Assembly: GCA_965203055.1 (NCBI GenBank) | Contig: OZ241863.1 | Span: 1,568,001 to 1,632,000 of the forward strand | Reading direction: 5' to 3' | From: Spirochaetia bacterium | GTDB lineage: Bacteria > Spirochaetota > Spirochaetia > SZUA-6 > Bin103 | DNA: 64,000 nucleotides | In this document: positions 48,638-59,399 of the stretch, piece by piece | Layout: each line of letters starts with the position of its first letter | Numbering within the stretch: the stretch's first letter is position 1 | Translations under genes and position numbers: made by a program | The notes under the pieces: model-generated | Database searches by the model: none | Seen by the model: only the letters and a program-made list of their open reading frames with translations | What the model was told of the DNA's origin: nothing

Positions 48638-51351
48638 GGCTCGCTCCCGCGCAGGTCGCCCTGCCAGCGGGCCACCAGCTCCAGCGCCTGCAGCGGCGTG
48701 GTGGCCTCCACGTCCACCGCGGCCACCGCCCGGCCCACCATCTCGTAGGCGGAAAACAGATCTCGCTGGCGATAGCGCTCCTCCGGGGCCGCGGCCGCGG
48801 CCCCCGGATGGCCGGCGCCCGGTGCGGGGGCGGCCGCGCCCGGCGGCGCGGGGCTCGGGCGCGCGTGCGCGTGCGGCTCCCACTGCCGCAGCAGTTCCCG
48901 CGCGCGCCCTACCACCGCCTGCGGCACCCCGGCAAGGGCAGCCACGTGGACGCCGTACGAGCGGTCCGCCGCGCCCGCGGCCACGCGCTTCAGAAACACC
49001 ACCTCCTGGTCTTCTTCGACTACCTGCATGGCGAAGTTGGCGGCGCGCGGATGGCTGAGTTGAGCCAGTTCCCGCAGGTGGGTGGCGAACAGGGTCTGCG
49101 CGCGTACCGCCTGCAGCAGGTATTCGCACACTGCCCAGGCGATGGCCCGCCCGTCTTCGGTACTGGTACCGCGGCCAATCTCGTCGAGAATCACCAGACT
49201 ATGCGCGGTGGCGGCGCGCAGAATGCGCGCCGTTTCGTTCATCTCCACCAGGAAGGTCGACTCGCCGCGCGCCAGGTTGTCGCTGGCGCCGACGCGGCAG
49301 AAGATTCCGTCCACTACCCCGACGCGGGCGGCCGCGGCCGGCACGAACGACCCGAGCTGCGCCATCAGCACGATCAGCGCAGTCTGCCGCAGATAGGTGG
49401 ACTTACCGGCCATGTTGGGACCGGTAAGCACCACGAAGCGGGTGCCGTCCGGCTCCAGCGACAGATCATTGGGGACGAATTCACCGGCCGGCAGCATCGC
49501 CTCCACCACCGGGTGGCGTCCTTCGCGAATCACGATGCCGGTGCCCGGCGCTCCCAGTTCCGGCCGGGTATAGCCGCCAACGGTAGCCGCCAGCGCCAGG
49601 CTCTGCGCCAGATCGACGCCGGCCAACACTCGGCCGAGGGCCAGGACCTCCGCGACCTGGCCGGACACCTGCTTGCGCACCATCAGAAACGCCTCCCGTT
49701 CCAGCTCGCGCAGCCGCTCGCCGGCAACCGCGATCTCATGGTCAAGCTGGCGCAGCCGCTCGGTGGTGAAGCGCTCGCCGCCGACCAGCGACTGGCGGCG
49801 CACGAAGTGATCCGGCACCCGCGCCGCCTGCGCGGGCCGGACCTCCAGGTACCACCCCAGCACGCGGTTGCTGCGCAGCTTGAGGCTCGGAATACCCGAG
49901 GCCGCCCGTTCTTCTTCCAGGTAGGAATGCAGCAGCGTCTCCGCGTTCTCCGCCGCGGCGCGCAGTCGATCCAGTTCCGCGTCATAACCGGGGCGCATGA
50001 TGCCGCCCTCGGCAATGGATAACGGCGGCTGATCCACCAGCGCTTCTTCGATGAGCGCCGCCGCCGGCTCGGCCGCCGCGGCGGCGCAGCCCAGCGGGCC
50101 GGCGAGTCCGCCGTCCGCCTCGGGTGAGTGAGCGCTCGCCCCGTGCAGTACGCCGGCGACCCGCTGCGCCGCCCGCACGCCGGCGGCGATGGCGCGCAGA
50201 TCACGCGGATGGGCGCGGGCCAGCGCGACCCGGCCGGCCAGCCGTTCGAGATCGGAGACTCGACGCAACTCCTCGCGCACCTCCGCAAGGGTGTGCTGCC
50301 GGCGAAACAGCGCCTCCACGGCGTTCAATCGGGCGGTGATGGCGGTTCCGTCGCGCAACGGCTCCAGTACGGTACGGCGCAGCAGGCGGGCGCCCATCGC
50401 GGTGCGGGTGTGGTCCAGCACCGCCAGCAGGGTGCGCTGGCGGGAACCATCCTCCAGGTTGCGCACCAACTCCAGACTGCGCTGAGCGGTCTCATCCAGC
50501 GCCACGCGCGAGTCGCGGCCGGAGACGGCGATGCCGTCCAGGTGGCGGAGCGCCTGCCGCGCCGTCTGCTGCGCGTAGTTCACCAGCAAGCCGGCGGCGC
50601 CCAGTTCGGCGGCGCCGCGGGTCAGACCGAAGGCCTTGAGATTCGCCACCCGGAACAGGCCGCACAGGGTCTCGTAGCCGGCCGCGGCGTCGAACTGCCA
50701 ATCGGGGTAGCGCTGGATTACGGTGGTCTGCGGCAGATGTTGACGGACCGCGCGGGCGACCTCCGGCTGCTCCTCGAGCAGCGACTCCTGGGCCAGCAAC
50801 TCGCGCGGAGCGAGGCGCGCCAACTCGTCGGCCAGGTGCGCCGGCGCGTCCGCCAGCGGGAACGCCGCAGCGCGGAAGTCGCCGGTGGACAGGTCGAGGG
50901 CGGCCACCGCCACCCGCGCGGACCGGTCGCCGGAGTCGGGCGGCCCGCCGGGAGCCGCGGCCGGACACCCGAGCGCCGCCAGGAAGTTGTTGCTCGCGCC
51001 ATCGAGCAACTCCTCGTCGATCACCGTGCCGGGCGTCACCACCTCCACCACATCGCGCTGCGCCAGGCCGCGCCCGTCCGGAGGCAAGGCGGTCTGCTCG
51101 CACACCGCTACCCGGCGGCCCGCCTTGAGCAGCCGCGCGATGTAGGAACGGGCGGCGTGATGGGGCACGCCGCACATGGGAACGCCGTTGCGCTGGGTCA
51201 GAGCGATCTCGAGAAGCTCGGCCGCATCCTTGGCGTCGGCGTCGAACATCTCATAGAAGTCGCCGAGACGGAAGAACAGAATCGCCTCCTGATGCTGGCG
51301 CTTCAATTCCCGGTACTGGGCCATCATGGGAGTATTCGACAGCGCGGCCAC
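48634..51351 (-). CDS. mutS: DNA mismatch repair protein MutS
   Basis: TPMMAQY, FFRLGDFYEMF, GPNMAGKSTY, STFLVEM, DEIGRGTS, SYGVHVA. Confidence 0.99.
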   Translation of the reverse strand: MAALSNTPMMAQYRELKRQHQEAILFFRLGDFYEMFDADAKDAAELLEIALTQRNGVPMCGVPHHAARSYIARLLKAGRRVAVCEQTALPPDGRGLAQRDVVEVVTPGTVIDEELLDGASNNFLAALGCPAAAPGGPPDSGDRSARVAVAALDLSTGDFRAAAFPLADAPAHLADELARLAPRELLAQESLLEEQPEVARAVRQHLPQTTVIQRYPDWQFDAAAGYETLCGLFRVANLKAFGLTRGAAELGAAGLLVNYAQQTARQALRHLDGIAVSGRDSRVALDETAQRSLELVRNLEDGSRQRTLLAVLDHTRTAMGARLLRRTVLEPLRDGTAITARLNAVEALFRRQHTLAEVREELRRVSDLERLAGRVALARAHPRDLRAIAAGVRAAQRVAGVLHGASAHSPEADGGLAGPLGCAAAAAEPAAALIEEALVDQPPLSIAEGGIMRPGYDAELDRLRAAAENAETLLHSYLEEERAASGIPSLKLRSNRVLGWYLEVRPAQAARVPDHFVRRQSLVGGERFTTERLRQLDHEIAVAGERLRELEREAFLMVRKQVSGQVAEVLALGRVLAGVDLAQSLALAATVGGYTRPELGAPGTGIVIREGRHPVVEAMLPAGEFVPNDLSLEPDGTRFVVLTGPNMAGKSTYLRQTALIVLMAQLGSFVPAAAARVGVVDGIFCRVGASDNLARGESTFLVEMNETARILRAATAHSLVILDEIGRGTSTEDGRAIAWAVCEYLLQAVRAQTLFATHLRELAQLSHPRAANFAMQVVEEDQEVVFLKRVAAGAADRSYGVHVAALAGVPQAVVGRARELLRQWEPHAHARPSPAPPGAAAPAPGAGHPGAAAAAPEERYRQRDLFSAYEMVGRAVAAVDVEATTPLQALELVARWQGDLRGSEP

Positions 51352-51363
51352 GGCGTGCTCCGG

Positions 51364-51825
51364 TCAGGCGAACGGCGGATGCGCGGCGCGTGCTTCCGGC
51401 GGGCTGCTGCGCGCCGCGACCGCTTCGAGGTAGGAGCGCAGGATCAGCGCCGCGGCCACGCGGTCCACCATCCCCGCACGGCGGGCGCGCGCCCGGGGAA
51501 CGCTGCCGGCGAGCACGCCGCGCGCCGCGCGGCTGGTGAGGCTCTCGTCCCACAGTTCGACCGCCAGCCCGGCGGCCCGCAGCTCGGCCGCCATCCGGCG
51601 CGGCAACCGCGCCGCGGCGCCGGGCGCGCCGTCCGCCTGCAGCGGCAGGCCAACGACCACCAGCGCGACCCGCTGCGCGCGGCACAGGGCGGCGATCCGG
51701 CCTGCCAGCCGGCGCAGCCCGCGGTTCGCCAGCGTGGCGTGGGGCGCGGCGATTCGTCCGCCGGCGTCGCTGAGCGCCACCCCTACCCTGCGCTCCCCAA
51801 CGTCGAGAGCCATAACGCGCGCCAT
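51364..51825 (-). CDS. ruvX: YqgF/RuvX pre-16S rRNA nuclease
   Basis: ALDVGERRVGVA, VVGLP, WDESLTS, VDRVAAALIL. Confidence 0.93.
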   Translation of the reverse strand: MARVMALDVGERRVGVALSDAGGRIAAPHATLANRGLRRLAGRIAALCRAQRVALVVVGLPLQADGAPGAAARLPRRMAAELRAAGLAVELWDESLTSRAARGVLAGSVPRARARRAGMVDRVAAALILRSYLEAVAARSSPPEARAAHPPFA

Positions 51826-51837
51826 GGCAGTCCCTAG

Positions 51838-52380
51838 CTAGCGGCCACTTGCCCGCCGGCCGAGCTCGGCGATCACCAAGTCGGTTACGTCGATCTCCAG
51901 GGCGAAGAACAGCAACGACGGGTTGTTCTTGTTCAACACCAGCGACAGGCCCTCGCTCTCGGCGACGAATTCGATGGCCGCGGCCAGCTCCCCCAGGAAT
52001 GCATCCGACTCGGCCAGGCGGGCTTCCTGTTGCGCAAGCTGGCGGTTCTTGACGGCTACGAAGTCGCGCAGATGCTGTTTGCGCCGGTACAGCTCCTGCT
52101 CCAACTGCAGCGCGCGCTGCATCCGGCCATCCCGCTCGGCCTGCACCTTGCTCGCTTCGAGCTCGAAGATCTGCGCTTCCAGCCGCGCCCGCTCGGCGTC
52201 CATGCGATCGCGCTCGGCCTGCAACTCGCGCACCGCGGCCGACTCGCGGAAGTAGGCGGTGGTCACGGCGCGCAGATCCACCAGTCCGACGTTGGTGATC
52301 CGTTCCGCGGTCACCACGCCGCCGCCAAGGATCAGGAACAGACACCACAGTACCAGCGTCCGCTTCGACGCGCTTCTCAT
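51838..52380 (-). CDS. OmpH/Skp periplasmic chaperone
   Basis: Signal peptide, VGLVD, coiled coil, VAESEGLSLVL, DVTDLVI; follows bamA. Confidence 0.9.
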   Translation of the reverse strand: MRSASKRTLVLWCLFLILGGGVVTAERITNVGLVDLRAVTTAYFRESAAVRELQAERDRMDAERARLEAQIFELEASKVQAERDGRMQRALQLEQELYRRKQHLRDFVAVKNRQLAQQEARLAESDAFLGELAAAIEFVAESEGLSLVLNKNNPSLLFFALEIDVTDLVIAELGRRASGR

Positions 52381-52392
52381 TCCGTTGCCAGA

Positions 52393-54981
52393 CTAGAAGA
52401 CGTCCCCTCCCAGGGAGATGACGAACTTCCACTCCTCGAGCCGGAAGATCTCCAGCGTGTCGTCCGGGGCTTCCGGCTGGTCCGCGAAGCGGAACGTGTT
52501 GGCAAAGTACAGGCGCACGGGAAACTGCGGGATGGCGAAGCGGAAGCCCGCTCCCAGGCTGAAGCGGAACTGCGCCAGTGTGGTCCTGCCGATATCTTCC
52601 AACCGGGGCCACAGCACCGCGCCGTCGAGGAAGGTAACCGCCCACAGCACGCGCGGATCGATCGGTACCCGCACCTCAAGTGAGTTTTCCCACCGGGCGC
52701 GGCCGCCGCGAACCGGCTCCCAGCCGCGCGCCACGCGAATCCCGTCCAGCAGCAACAGGTCGGTCGCGGAATCGATGACCAGGCCGCCCTGATTCTGATA
52801 TTCCGCCGGCAACCAGAACTGAGGCAGGATCACCGCGAACCCGGAGTGGAGGGCAATGACCACCTGCAGGTCCCAGTTGGTGAACACCGGCTCCTTGAGC
52901 AGCGTCAGAAATCCATCCGCGCGGCTGTTGAGGCGTATGAAGTGACGCGCGCCGTGGAGCAGGCCGCCGGTGAGGGAAGCTCCCTGCGACAGCAGGAAGC
53001 CCTCGGACGGGTTGAGGTAGAAGTCGCGCGCGTCCCACGCCACGCCGGCGTCGAGCCGGTTGATGACCACCCAGTTTTCGCGCTCGTCGCGAATGGTCTT
53101 GTCGAACGGCCGATAGATGGCGGTGTCGTAGGTGAGGAACCTGAGCGTGGAGGAGAGGCCGCCGCTGAAGCGCACGAACCCCACCACCGTTGGAATGCTG
53201 TAGCTCGAGTTGAGCCCGAGGCTGACGTCCCATTCCGAATACTCCATGGTGTAGCGGTCGGAATCGGGCCCGGCGGCGTCCCATTCCTCCTTGCTCCGGT
53301 AGGGATCGGGCGCGGCGTTCTCCGGGTCGCTGAAGATCGGCGGCAGGATGTCCTGCAAGACGTTGCGCACCACCGAGCGCTGCACTCCCAGGTTCACGCC
53401 GCCTGACCAGCGGGCGCCCAGCAGCCACGGTTCGACGAACTCCACCGAGAGCGACTGCCTGATGGGGGACAGCTCCAGCGACGCGCCCACCGTCTGTCCG
53501 AGCCCGGCCAGATTGCGCTCGTTCCAGCGCACCGAGGCGGCCAGCGGAAAGTCGGAGCCGCCGATCGTGAGGCCGAAGTTGATGGCGGCGGTATTCTGTT
53601 CCTCGACGGTCACCACCACGTCCATCAAGCCCTCCGCGCTGCCGGCCGGCGTGTCCGGGGTGACTGCGGAGAAGTACTGGGTGTTGTAGAGGTTGCGCAG
53701 CCCTTGCAGGATCTGCGTCTTGTTGAACACGTCGCCGACCTCGAACGGCAACTCGCGCAGCAGCACGTGGTCCCTGGTCTTCTCGTTGCCGCTGAGGATG
53801 ATGTTCTCGATGTGCGCGCGGTCGGCCTCCCGAATGAGCACGCGGAAGGTAATGCTGCGCGCCTGCTCGTCGCGCTCTTCGACCAACTCGATCAGGTTGA
53901 AGATGTAACCGTTCTCGAAGTAGTGGTCCTGCACGCGGGCGAAGTCCGCGGCCACGACGTCGCGGTTGACCGGCTGGTCCGCGCGGTGGCGCAGCAGCCG
54001 CGCGAGCTCCTCGGTCGAGAACACCTCATTGCCTTCGAAGACCATGCCCCCGTAGGTGTACTGCACGCCCTCGACCACGTGCACGGTCAGCACCAGGGAG
54101 CGCCGTCGCTCATCCTCGTCCAGCCGCAGGTCGCGCTCGACCCGCTCCACCCGGGCATCCACGTACCCGTTCGAGGCGTAGTAGGACGCGATGATCTGCC
54201 GGTCCTCCTGCAGCGCAACTTCGCGAAACGCCCCGCTCTCGAACAGGGAGCGCTCCTTGGTGAGCATGCGGCCGCGGAGCGTGCTGTCGGAGGCGAACTC
54301 GTTGCCGACGAATTGGATCCGCTCCACGGACACGACGTATCCTTCGGTGATTTCCACCGTCACGTCGACCTGCGCCGCCTCCTCGTCAGCCGCGGTCACG
54401 AGGTTGACGGCCGCGTCCGGATAGCCCTTGCCGGCGTACAGCGCCAGTACCGCCGCCCGGTCGGCGTCGAGGGTCACCGGATCGAACCGGTCGCCGCGCG
54501 CCAGCGTCATCACCTCGAGGATCTCGGTGCTGCGCAGGCGGTCGTTGCCGGTTACCGTGATCGCTCCGACCACCGGACGCTCCTGCACGGTGAATTCGAT
54601 GAGCACCGTGGAGCGGTCGCCGCCGGGGGCAACGGCGTTGGACTCGAGACTGGCGAACAGATCGGTGGCGTACAGCTTTCCCTGCAGCTCCCAGAACAGG
54701 TCCAGCGTGAAGGGGCGTTCGAGATAGGGCTCGACGATCGGCCGCAGGTCGTCCGCGGCCACGTGGCGCAGGCCCAGGAACCGGATGTCGGCAATCGGCT
54801 TGGCGAGGTACCAGTCGTCGGTCTGGTCCTGGGCGCACAGCGGCGCCGCGCCGAGCAGCCCCACGAGCGCGAGCAGAACCGCGGCCGGCAGGCGGCGCGC
54901 CAGCCGGTGATCGAGGGCATGGCTCGGCCGTGCCGCCGGGCCGCGGCCGGAAGGGCTGGAGCGAGCCGTCAGTAGCTCCAC
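52393..54981 (-). CDS. bamA: Outer membrane protein assembly factor BamA
   Basis: POTRA repeats (GNEKTRDHVLLRE, Y...GY), ERNLAGLGQ, C-terminal barrel ending in F. Confidence 0.96.
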   Translation of the reverse strand: MELLTARSSPSGRGPAARPSHALDHRLARRLPAAVLLALVGLLGAAPLCAQDQTDDWYLAKPIADIRFLGLRHVAADDLRPIVEPYLERPFTLDLFWELQGKLYATDLFASLESNAVAPGGDRSTVLIEFTVQERPVVGAITVTGNDRLRSTEILEVMTLARGDRFDPVTLDADRAAVLALYAGKGYPDAAVNLVTAADEEAAQVDVTVEITEGYVVSVERIQFVGNEFASDSTLRGRMLTKERSLFESGAFREVALQEDRQIIASYYASNGYVDARVERVERDLRLDEDERRRSLVLTVHVVEGVQYTYGGMVFEGNEVFSTEELARLLRHRADQPVNRDVVAADFARVQDHYFENGYIFNLIELVEERDEQARSITFRVLIREADRAHIENIILSGNEKTRDHVLLRELPFEVGDVFNKTQILQGLRNLYNTQYFSAVTPDTPAGSAEGLMDVVVTVEEQNTAAINFGLTIGGSDFPLAASVRWNERNLAGLGQTVGASLELSPIRQSLSVEFVEPWLLGARWSGGVNLGVQRSVVRNVLQDILPPIFSDPENAAPDPYRSKEEWDAAGPDSDRYTMEYSEWDVSLGLNSSYSIPTVVGFVRFSGGLSSTLRFLTYDTAIYRPFDKTIRDERENWVVINRLDAGVAWDARDFYLNPSEGFLLSQGASLTGGLLHGARHFIRLNSRADGFLTLLKEPVFTNWDLQVVIALHSGFAVILPQFWLPAEYQNQGGLVIDSATDLLLLDGIRVARGWEPVRGGRARWENSLEVRVPIDPRVLWAVTFLDGAVLWPRLEDIGRTTLAQFRFSLGAGFRFAIPQFPVRLYFANTFRFADQPEAPDDTLEIFRLEEWKFVISLGGDVF

Positions 54982-57900
54982 CTCCAGCGCAGGGAGATCG
55001 TGTTATCGGTGACAAACAAGGTGTTCAGATTACGCGGCAGAAACGACCACTCAAGCATAAAGAAAGGGGTGGCCCACTCCAAGCCCAGCTCGACGTCCGA
55101 GAGCAGCGGCAGATCATCGCCGGGCTGGCCGTCCGGAGCGTCGAGTCGGAGCAGCATGGTAAGGAACAGGTCACTGCCCAGATACTTTCCGAAAGAGAGG
55201 GAGGTGTTGTCAAGCGGATTGCCGGTGCCGGGCACGACTCCGCCGGAGACCGAGGCGCCGAACACGTCCTGCACCAGGGTCTGCACGAATTGCGAGCGGA
55301 TGCTGACCATGTCGACTCCCAGCGCCTCCCGCAACGCCCGTTCCACCGGGCGCAACAATGCCATCTGGGTCATCAGCTCGCCGGAGAACGCCGCGGCCGA
55401 CAGGCCCGCCGCCCCGCCGTCGTTCGGCCGGTCGCCCTGCGCCAGCGGGCCGCGCACCAGCGTATCCAGGACCAGCGCGCTCTGGGGAGGATCGGATGAC
55501 AGCCGCACCGTGTCCGGGCCGAACCGACTGAGGGTGGTGTCGGCCTGCAGGATGATGCGTACCGGGTCGCCCTGGGCATCGCGCTCCCGCGTCTCGGCTC
55601 GAACCACCAGGCGCGGGTCGAGCGGGCCCTCCTCCCCGGCGAAGCGGATCTGCCCTTCGCGCAGCAGGAACTGGCGGTCGAAGTAGAACAGGTCGCCGCC
55701 GCGCGCCGTCAGTTCCCCCTGCACGGAAACGCTGCGGGACTGTCCGTCATAGCCGATGCGCACCGACTCGGACGGCGCCAATTGCAGCCGCAGCACCGGG
55801 AACTGGGGAACGGGCCAGGTGAATTCCACGCCGCGGCCGGTGACCACGTCAAGATCCACGAGCAACTGCTCCTGGCGGGAGGCCGGTTCGGTCTCGACCA
55901 GCGAGAGCTCCGCGTTGCCCGCCTGCAGCTCGCCGTCGACCATTACCGTGCCCGAGTCACCCGTGACCGACAGGGTGCCGGACGCGGTACCGTTGAACAG
56001 CAGCGGCCCGAACTGGTAGTTGATCGGCACCCCGCCGGCGCTGGTCAGCTCCAACGCGAAGACCGCCGGCACCCAGCGCTCCACGCTGGCCGTGCCGCGC
56101 ACCGCGACGGGCAGCGCAGCCGGCCCCTCCGCAGCGAATCCGGCGAGCGCCACGCGCTTCTCGTCGAGGGTGATCGCAGCCCTGAACGGGCCTACCGGGC
56201 GCGGTGAGAACGGCGACGCCACCACGCCGCCGGCAAGCCGGAACTCGCCCCAGAAGTCGGGGTCATTGATCGGCCCCGCCACGCGCGCGCGGCCCGAGGC
56301 GGTGCCGGCCTGGAAGGAGACCGGAAGCTGGCCCAGGAGCTCGTTGATGGTCCGCGCGTCGGCGTCTTCGATCTCCAGCGCAGCGCTGACGTGGCCGCCG
56401 CTCACGGTGCCGCTGGCGCTGCCGTGCACCGGATAGCGCCCCCGCTGCACCTGCAGCGAGAAGCTGCCGCCGGTCGACACGGAGCCGGCAAACGCGTCGC
56501 GCGGCCCTCCTTCGAAGCGGATCAGCAGGTCCTCGCCGGCCGCGGCCGCGCTGTCGGCCGCGGGGTCGGCGGCGCCGGCCGGCTCCCCGGTGACGCGCTG
56601 CGCGGCCAGCCGCAGTTGCCACGGATCGAGGGGCTCGCCGGCGACGCGGACGCGCTCGACGCTCAGTTGCCCGGTAACGCCGGCGGCGAGGGCGGCGCGC
56701 AGGCCGCCGCCGGCGCCCGCCTGCAGATCGCGGGAGTCGAGCTGCAGCCGCGCCGTTACCGGATCACCGAAGTACTCGGCGGAGTAGTCGGCGGCGAACT
56801 CCAGGAGCCCGCTCTCCGGCCGGTACGCCGCGCTGCCGTTGCGCAGCCGGTGGCTGAGGAGATCGAACGTCAGGCCGCGCACCGCCAAGCCGTCGGCGGA
56901 GCGCTCGACCGCGCCCGTCAGGGAAACGCGCTCGTCGTTGAGGCGGCCATCGCGCAGTTCCACCGCCGCCTGCCACGCAACCTCCTGCCATGGACCGGAG
57001 GCCCGCACGTCGGCATGCACGTTGCCGCTGAACGGGAATTGGCCCAGCCGCGGCAACGGCATGCCGCGCAGCTCCGCGGCCGCGTCCACCCTGCCCCCGG
57101 CCAGCTCCAGGGTCGCCGCGTAGCTTTCGCCGTTGTCGGCATCGGCCACCGCAAGCTGCGCCTCGACCGCGTCGGAGCCGGCGGTGAACACGATGCTGCC
57201 GCGCCCGCGCAGCTCCGAGAATCGATCGCGCACCAGCACCGGCTCCAGTTCGACGACGCCCGATTCCGCCTGCACTCCGGCCTCGAGCTGCAGGTCGGGC
57301 CGGTCCGGCAGCGGCAGCCGGTGCAACGTGACCGCGTCGCTGCGCAGCGACCAGTCGTCCGGCCCGGCGAACCTTCCCCGGAAGGCAAAGGTCGCTTCTA
57401 GCGGAGCCGCGGCAAACGGCAGTGGTACCGGCAGCCGGACCGCGGAACCGCGCACGGTGAGCGCGCGAGCGTCGTATTCGGCGGCGAGCTCCAGTTCATG
57501 GCTGCCGGCGGCGGTGAGTCCGCGTCCCGGCGTATGGGTCAGCCGCACCTCGTAGGGAACGTCGTCGATCGATAACTCGGCGGCCAGGTCGACCGCTTCG
57601 TCGCCGCGGGTCACCAGCGCTTGGCCGCGCACCTCCAGCCCCAGCCACTCGGCGGCCGCCGCCTCCAGCCGCAGGCCGCGTTCATTGGCGGTCAGGCTGA
57701 ACTGGAGCCGGTTGCCGGGGTCCGCGGCGTCGCGCATCCGCACCACCGGAGCGCGGACCGCGGCGGTCTCGAAGTCGGTGACGGAATCCATGGAGCCGCT
57801 CATGAGCAGCGGCTCGAGCGCATCGGCAATCCACGGCCGGCGCGTGGCGGGCGGCGTAACGAGTCGATACAGCAGGCCGGCGTTGATGGATTCGAAGCTG

Positions 57901-59399
57901 GCCGCCAGTTCCAGCCGCCGGGGGCCGCCGAGCGCCACCGAACCGTCGCCGTCGATGAAGTTGGCGGCCTCCTGCTGCAGCTCGGCGCGAACCTCATAGC
58001 GGTAGGTCAGCGGCGCGGCGGTGGTGGGGCGCAGGTCGACGTCGAAGCGCCGGAACACCGTGTCTTCCAGCGCCAGCCGTTCGCTGCGCAGCGCCATGGC
58101 GCCATCCGCGCCGCGGGTGAGCGACGCCTGGGCGTGCAACTTCTCGCCGGGCCGCACCTGCAGCGAGCGGATGACCAGTTCCCCCTGCGGAACCAGGGTG
58201 TCCAGCACCACGTCGCCGGCAAACTCCAGACCGCCCTCGGCGGTTTCGAGCGTCAACCGCGACACCTCCACGCGGGCGCCGTCGCCGCGCGCCGTCAAGG
58301 CCGCCGCGGCGGGCGGAGTATCGGCCCCGGCGGCGACGTGGCCGCTGAGCTTGGCCTCGTACCGCATCCCGGCGGCCGGGTCGTGAGACCAGCGGGCGGT
58401 ACCGCTGACCGTGGTTCCCGGCAGCAGCCGCACCAGCGGGTGCCGTTCCGCGAACTCCGCGACGTCAGCCAGGTTCAGCCCCGTAGCAGCCACCGCAAGC
58501 TCGCTGCGGCCGCTGCCCGGGCGGTGCGAAAACGAGAGCTCGAGCGGGAGCCGATCCTCGAGCCTGACTACCTGCCACTCATCCTCGAGCAGGGACACCT
58601 GCAGCTCCTGGGGCGCAACCCGGACCTGGGCCGAGGCCAGCTCGTTCAGGCGAACCGTCAGCGCGGCGCGGCTCAGGTCGTCGTCGGCGCTGCCGCTGAT
58701 GCGAAAGTCGGCCGCCAGATACTGGCCGGCGCCGAGCGCGCCGAGCGCCGCGGCGGGGGGCGCCGCGCGGGCGCGGCCGCGCGCGGTGAGCTGCAGCTCG
58801 GCGCCCGCCTGCACGCGGAAGAACAGATCTTCCACCTCCAGGCGAAACCCCAAGCCGCGCAGCGTCACGCCCAGGTTGGCGCCGGCGAGGGTCACCGGCG
58901 GCACCACCACACCGCCGGCGGCGGCGGGACCGCGCGTGCCGCCCACTACCAGACCGAGCTCCCGCAACACCTGGACCAGCTCCTGGTCGCGGGTGAGGTC
59001 CACCACGACGTGCGAGTTCGCAAGTTGCACCTCGCGCAGCGAGGCGATCGGGTCGCGACTGGCGATGAGGCGCGCCAGGCTGTAGCGCAGGCGCAGCCGG
59101 CGGATCGAGACCACCGGCTGGTCCGGCGCTTCGCCGCTGTAGATGGTGAGATCGCGGATCTCCAGGGCGCGCAGCAGCGACGGCGCTATGGCCCCATAGC
59201 TGAAGTTGCGGTTCAACAGCTTGAACAGCGCGCCGATCGCTTCCTCCCGCCGGGCGATGACGTGGCGCTCCATCATCTCGCCGAGGGACCGCAGCCCCCA
59301 TACCGCGGCGCCGATGATGAGGACCAGCAGCGCCAGCTCCAGAATCGACGGCCTCCAGCGGGCGCGGGAACGGCGCGCTGTCAGCCTGGGGCCAATCAA
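54969..59399 (-). CDS. tamB: Translocation/assembly module TamB (AsmA-like)
   Basis: N-terminal TM helix, long beta-rich body, DP.L..RAE and GKYLGSDLF near the C-terminus; precedes bamA. Confidence 0.88.
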   Translation of the reverse strand: MIGPRLTARRSRARWRPSILELALLVLIIGAAVWGLRSLGEMMERHVIARREEAIGALFKLLNRNFSYGAIAPSLLRALEIRDLTIYSGEAPDQPVVSIRRLRLRYSLARLIASRDPIASLREVQLANSHVVVDLTRDQELVQVLRELGLVVGGTRGPAAAGGVVVPPVTLAGANLGVTLRGLGFRLEVEDLFFRVQAGAELQLTARGRARAAPPAAALGALGAGQYLAADFRISGSADDDLSRAALTVRLNELASAQVRVAPQELQVSLLEDEWQVVRLEDRLPLELSFSHRPGSGRSELAVAATGLNLADVAEFAERHPLVRLLPGTTVSGTARWSHDPAAGMRYEAKLSGHVAAGADTPPAAAALTARGDGARVEVSRLTLETAEGGLEFAGDVVLDTLVPQGELVIRSLQVRPGEKLHAQASLTRGADGAMALRSERLALEDTVFRRFDVDLRPTTAAPLTYRYEVRAELQQEAANFIDGDGSVALGGPRRLELAASFESINAGLLYRLVTPPATRRPWIADALEPLLMSGSMDSVTDFETAAVRAPVVRMRDAADPGNRLQFSLTANERGLRLEAAAAEWLGLEVRGQALVTRGDEAVDLAAELSIDDVPYEVRLTHTPGRGLTAAGSHELELAAEYDARALTVRGSAVRLPVPLPFAAAPLEATFAFRGRFAGPDDWSLRSDAVTLHRLPLPDRPDLQLEAGVQAESGVVELEPVLVRDRFSELRGRGSIVFTAGSDAVEAQLAVADADNGESYAATLELAGGRVDAAAELRGMPLPRLGQFPFSGNVHADVRASGPWQEVAWQAAVELRDGRLNDERVSLTGAVERSADGLAVRGLTFDLLSHRLRNGSAAYRPESGLLEFAADYSAEYFGDPVTARLQLDSRDLQAGAGGGLRAALAAGVTGQLSVERVRVAGEPLDPWQLRLAAQRVTGEPAGAADPAADSAAAAGEDLLIRFEGGPRDAFAGSVSTGGSFSLQVQRGRYPVHGSASGTVSGGHVSAALEIEDADARTINELLGQLPVSFQAGTASGRARVAGPINDPDFWGEFRLAGGVVASPFSPRPVGPFRAAITLDEKRVALAGFAAEGPAALPVAVRGTASVERWVPAVFALELTSAGGVPINYQFGPLLFNGTASGTLSVTGDSGTVMVDGELQAGNAELSLVETEPASRQEQLLVDLDVVTGRGVEFTWPVPQFPVLRLQLAPSESVRIGYDGQSRSVSVQGELTARGGDLFYFDRQFLLREGQIRFAGEEGPLDPRLVVRAETRERDAQGDPVRIILQADTTLSRFGPDTVRLSSDPPQSALVLDTLVRGPLAQGDRPNDGGAAGLSAAAFSGELMTQMALLRPVERALREALGVDMVSIRSQFVQTLVQDVFGASVSGGVVPGTGNPLDNTSLSFGKYLGSDLFLTMLLRLDAPDGQPGDDLPLLSDVELGLEWATPFFMLEWSFLPRNLNTLFVTDNTISLRWRWSY

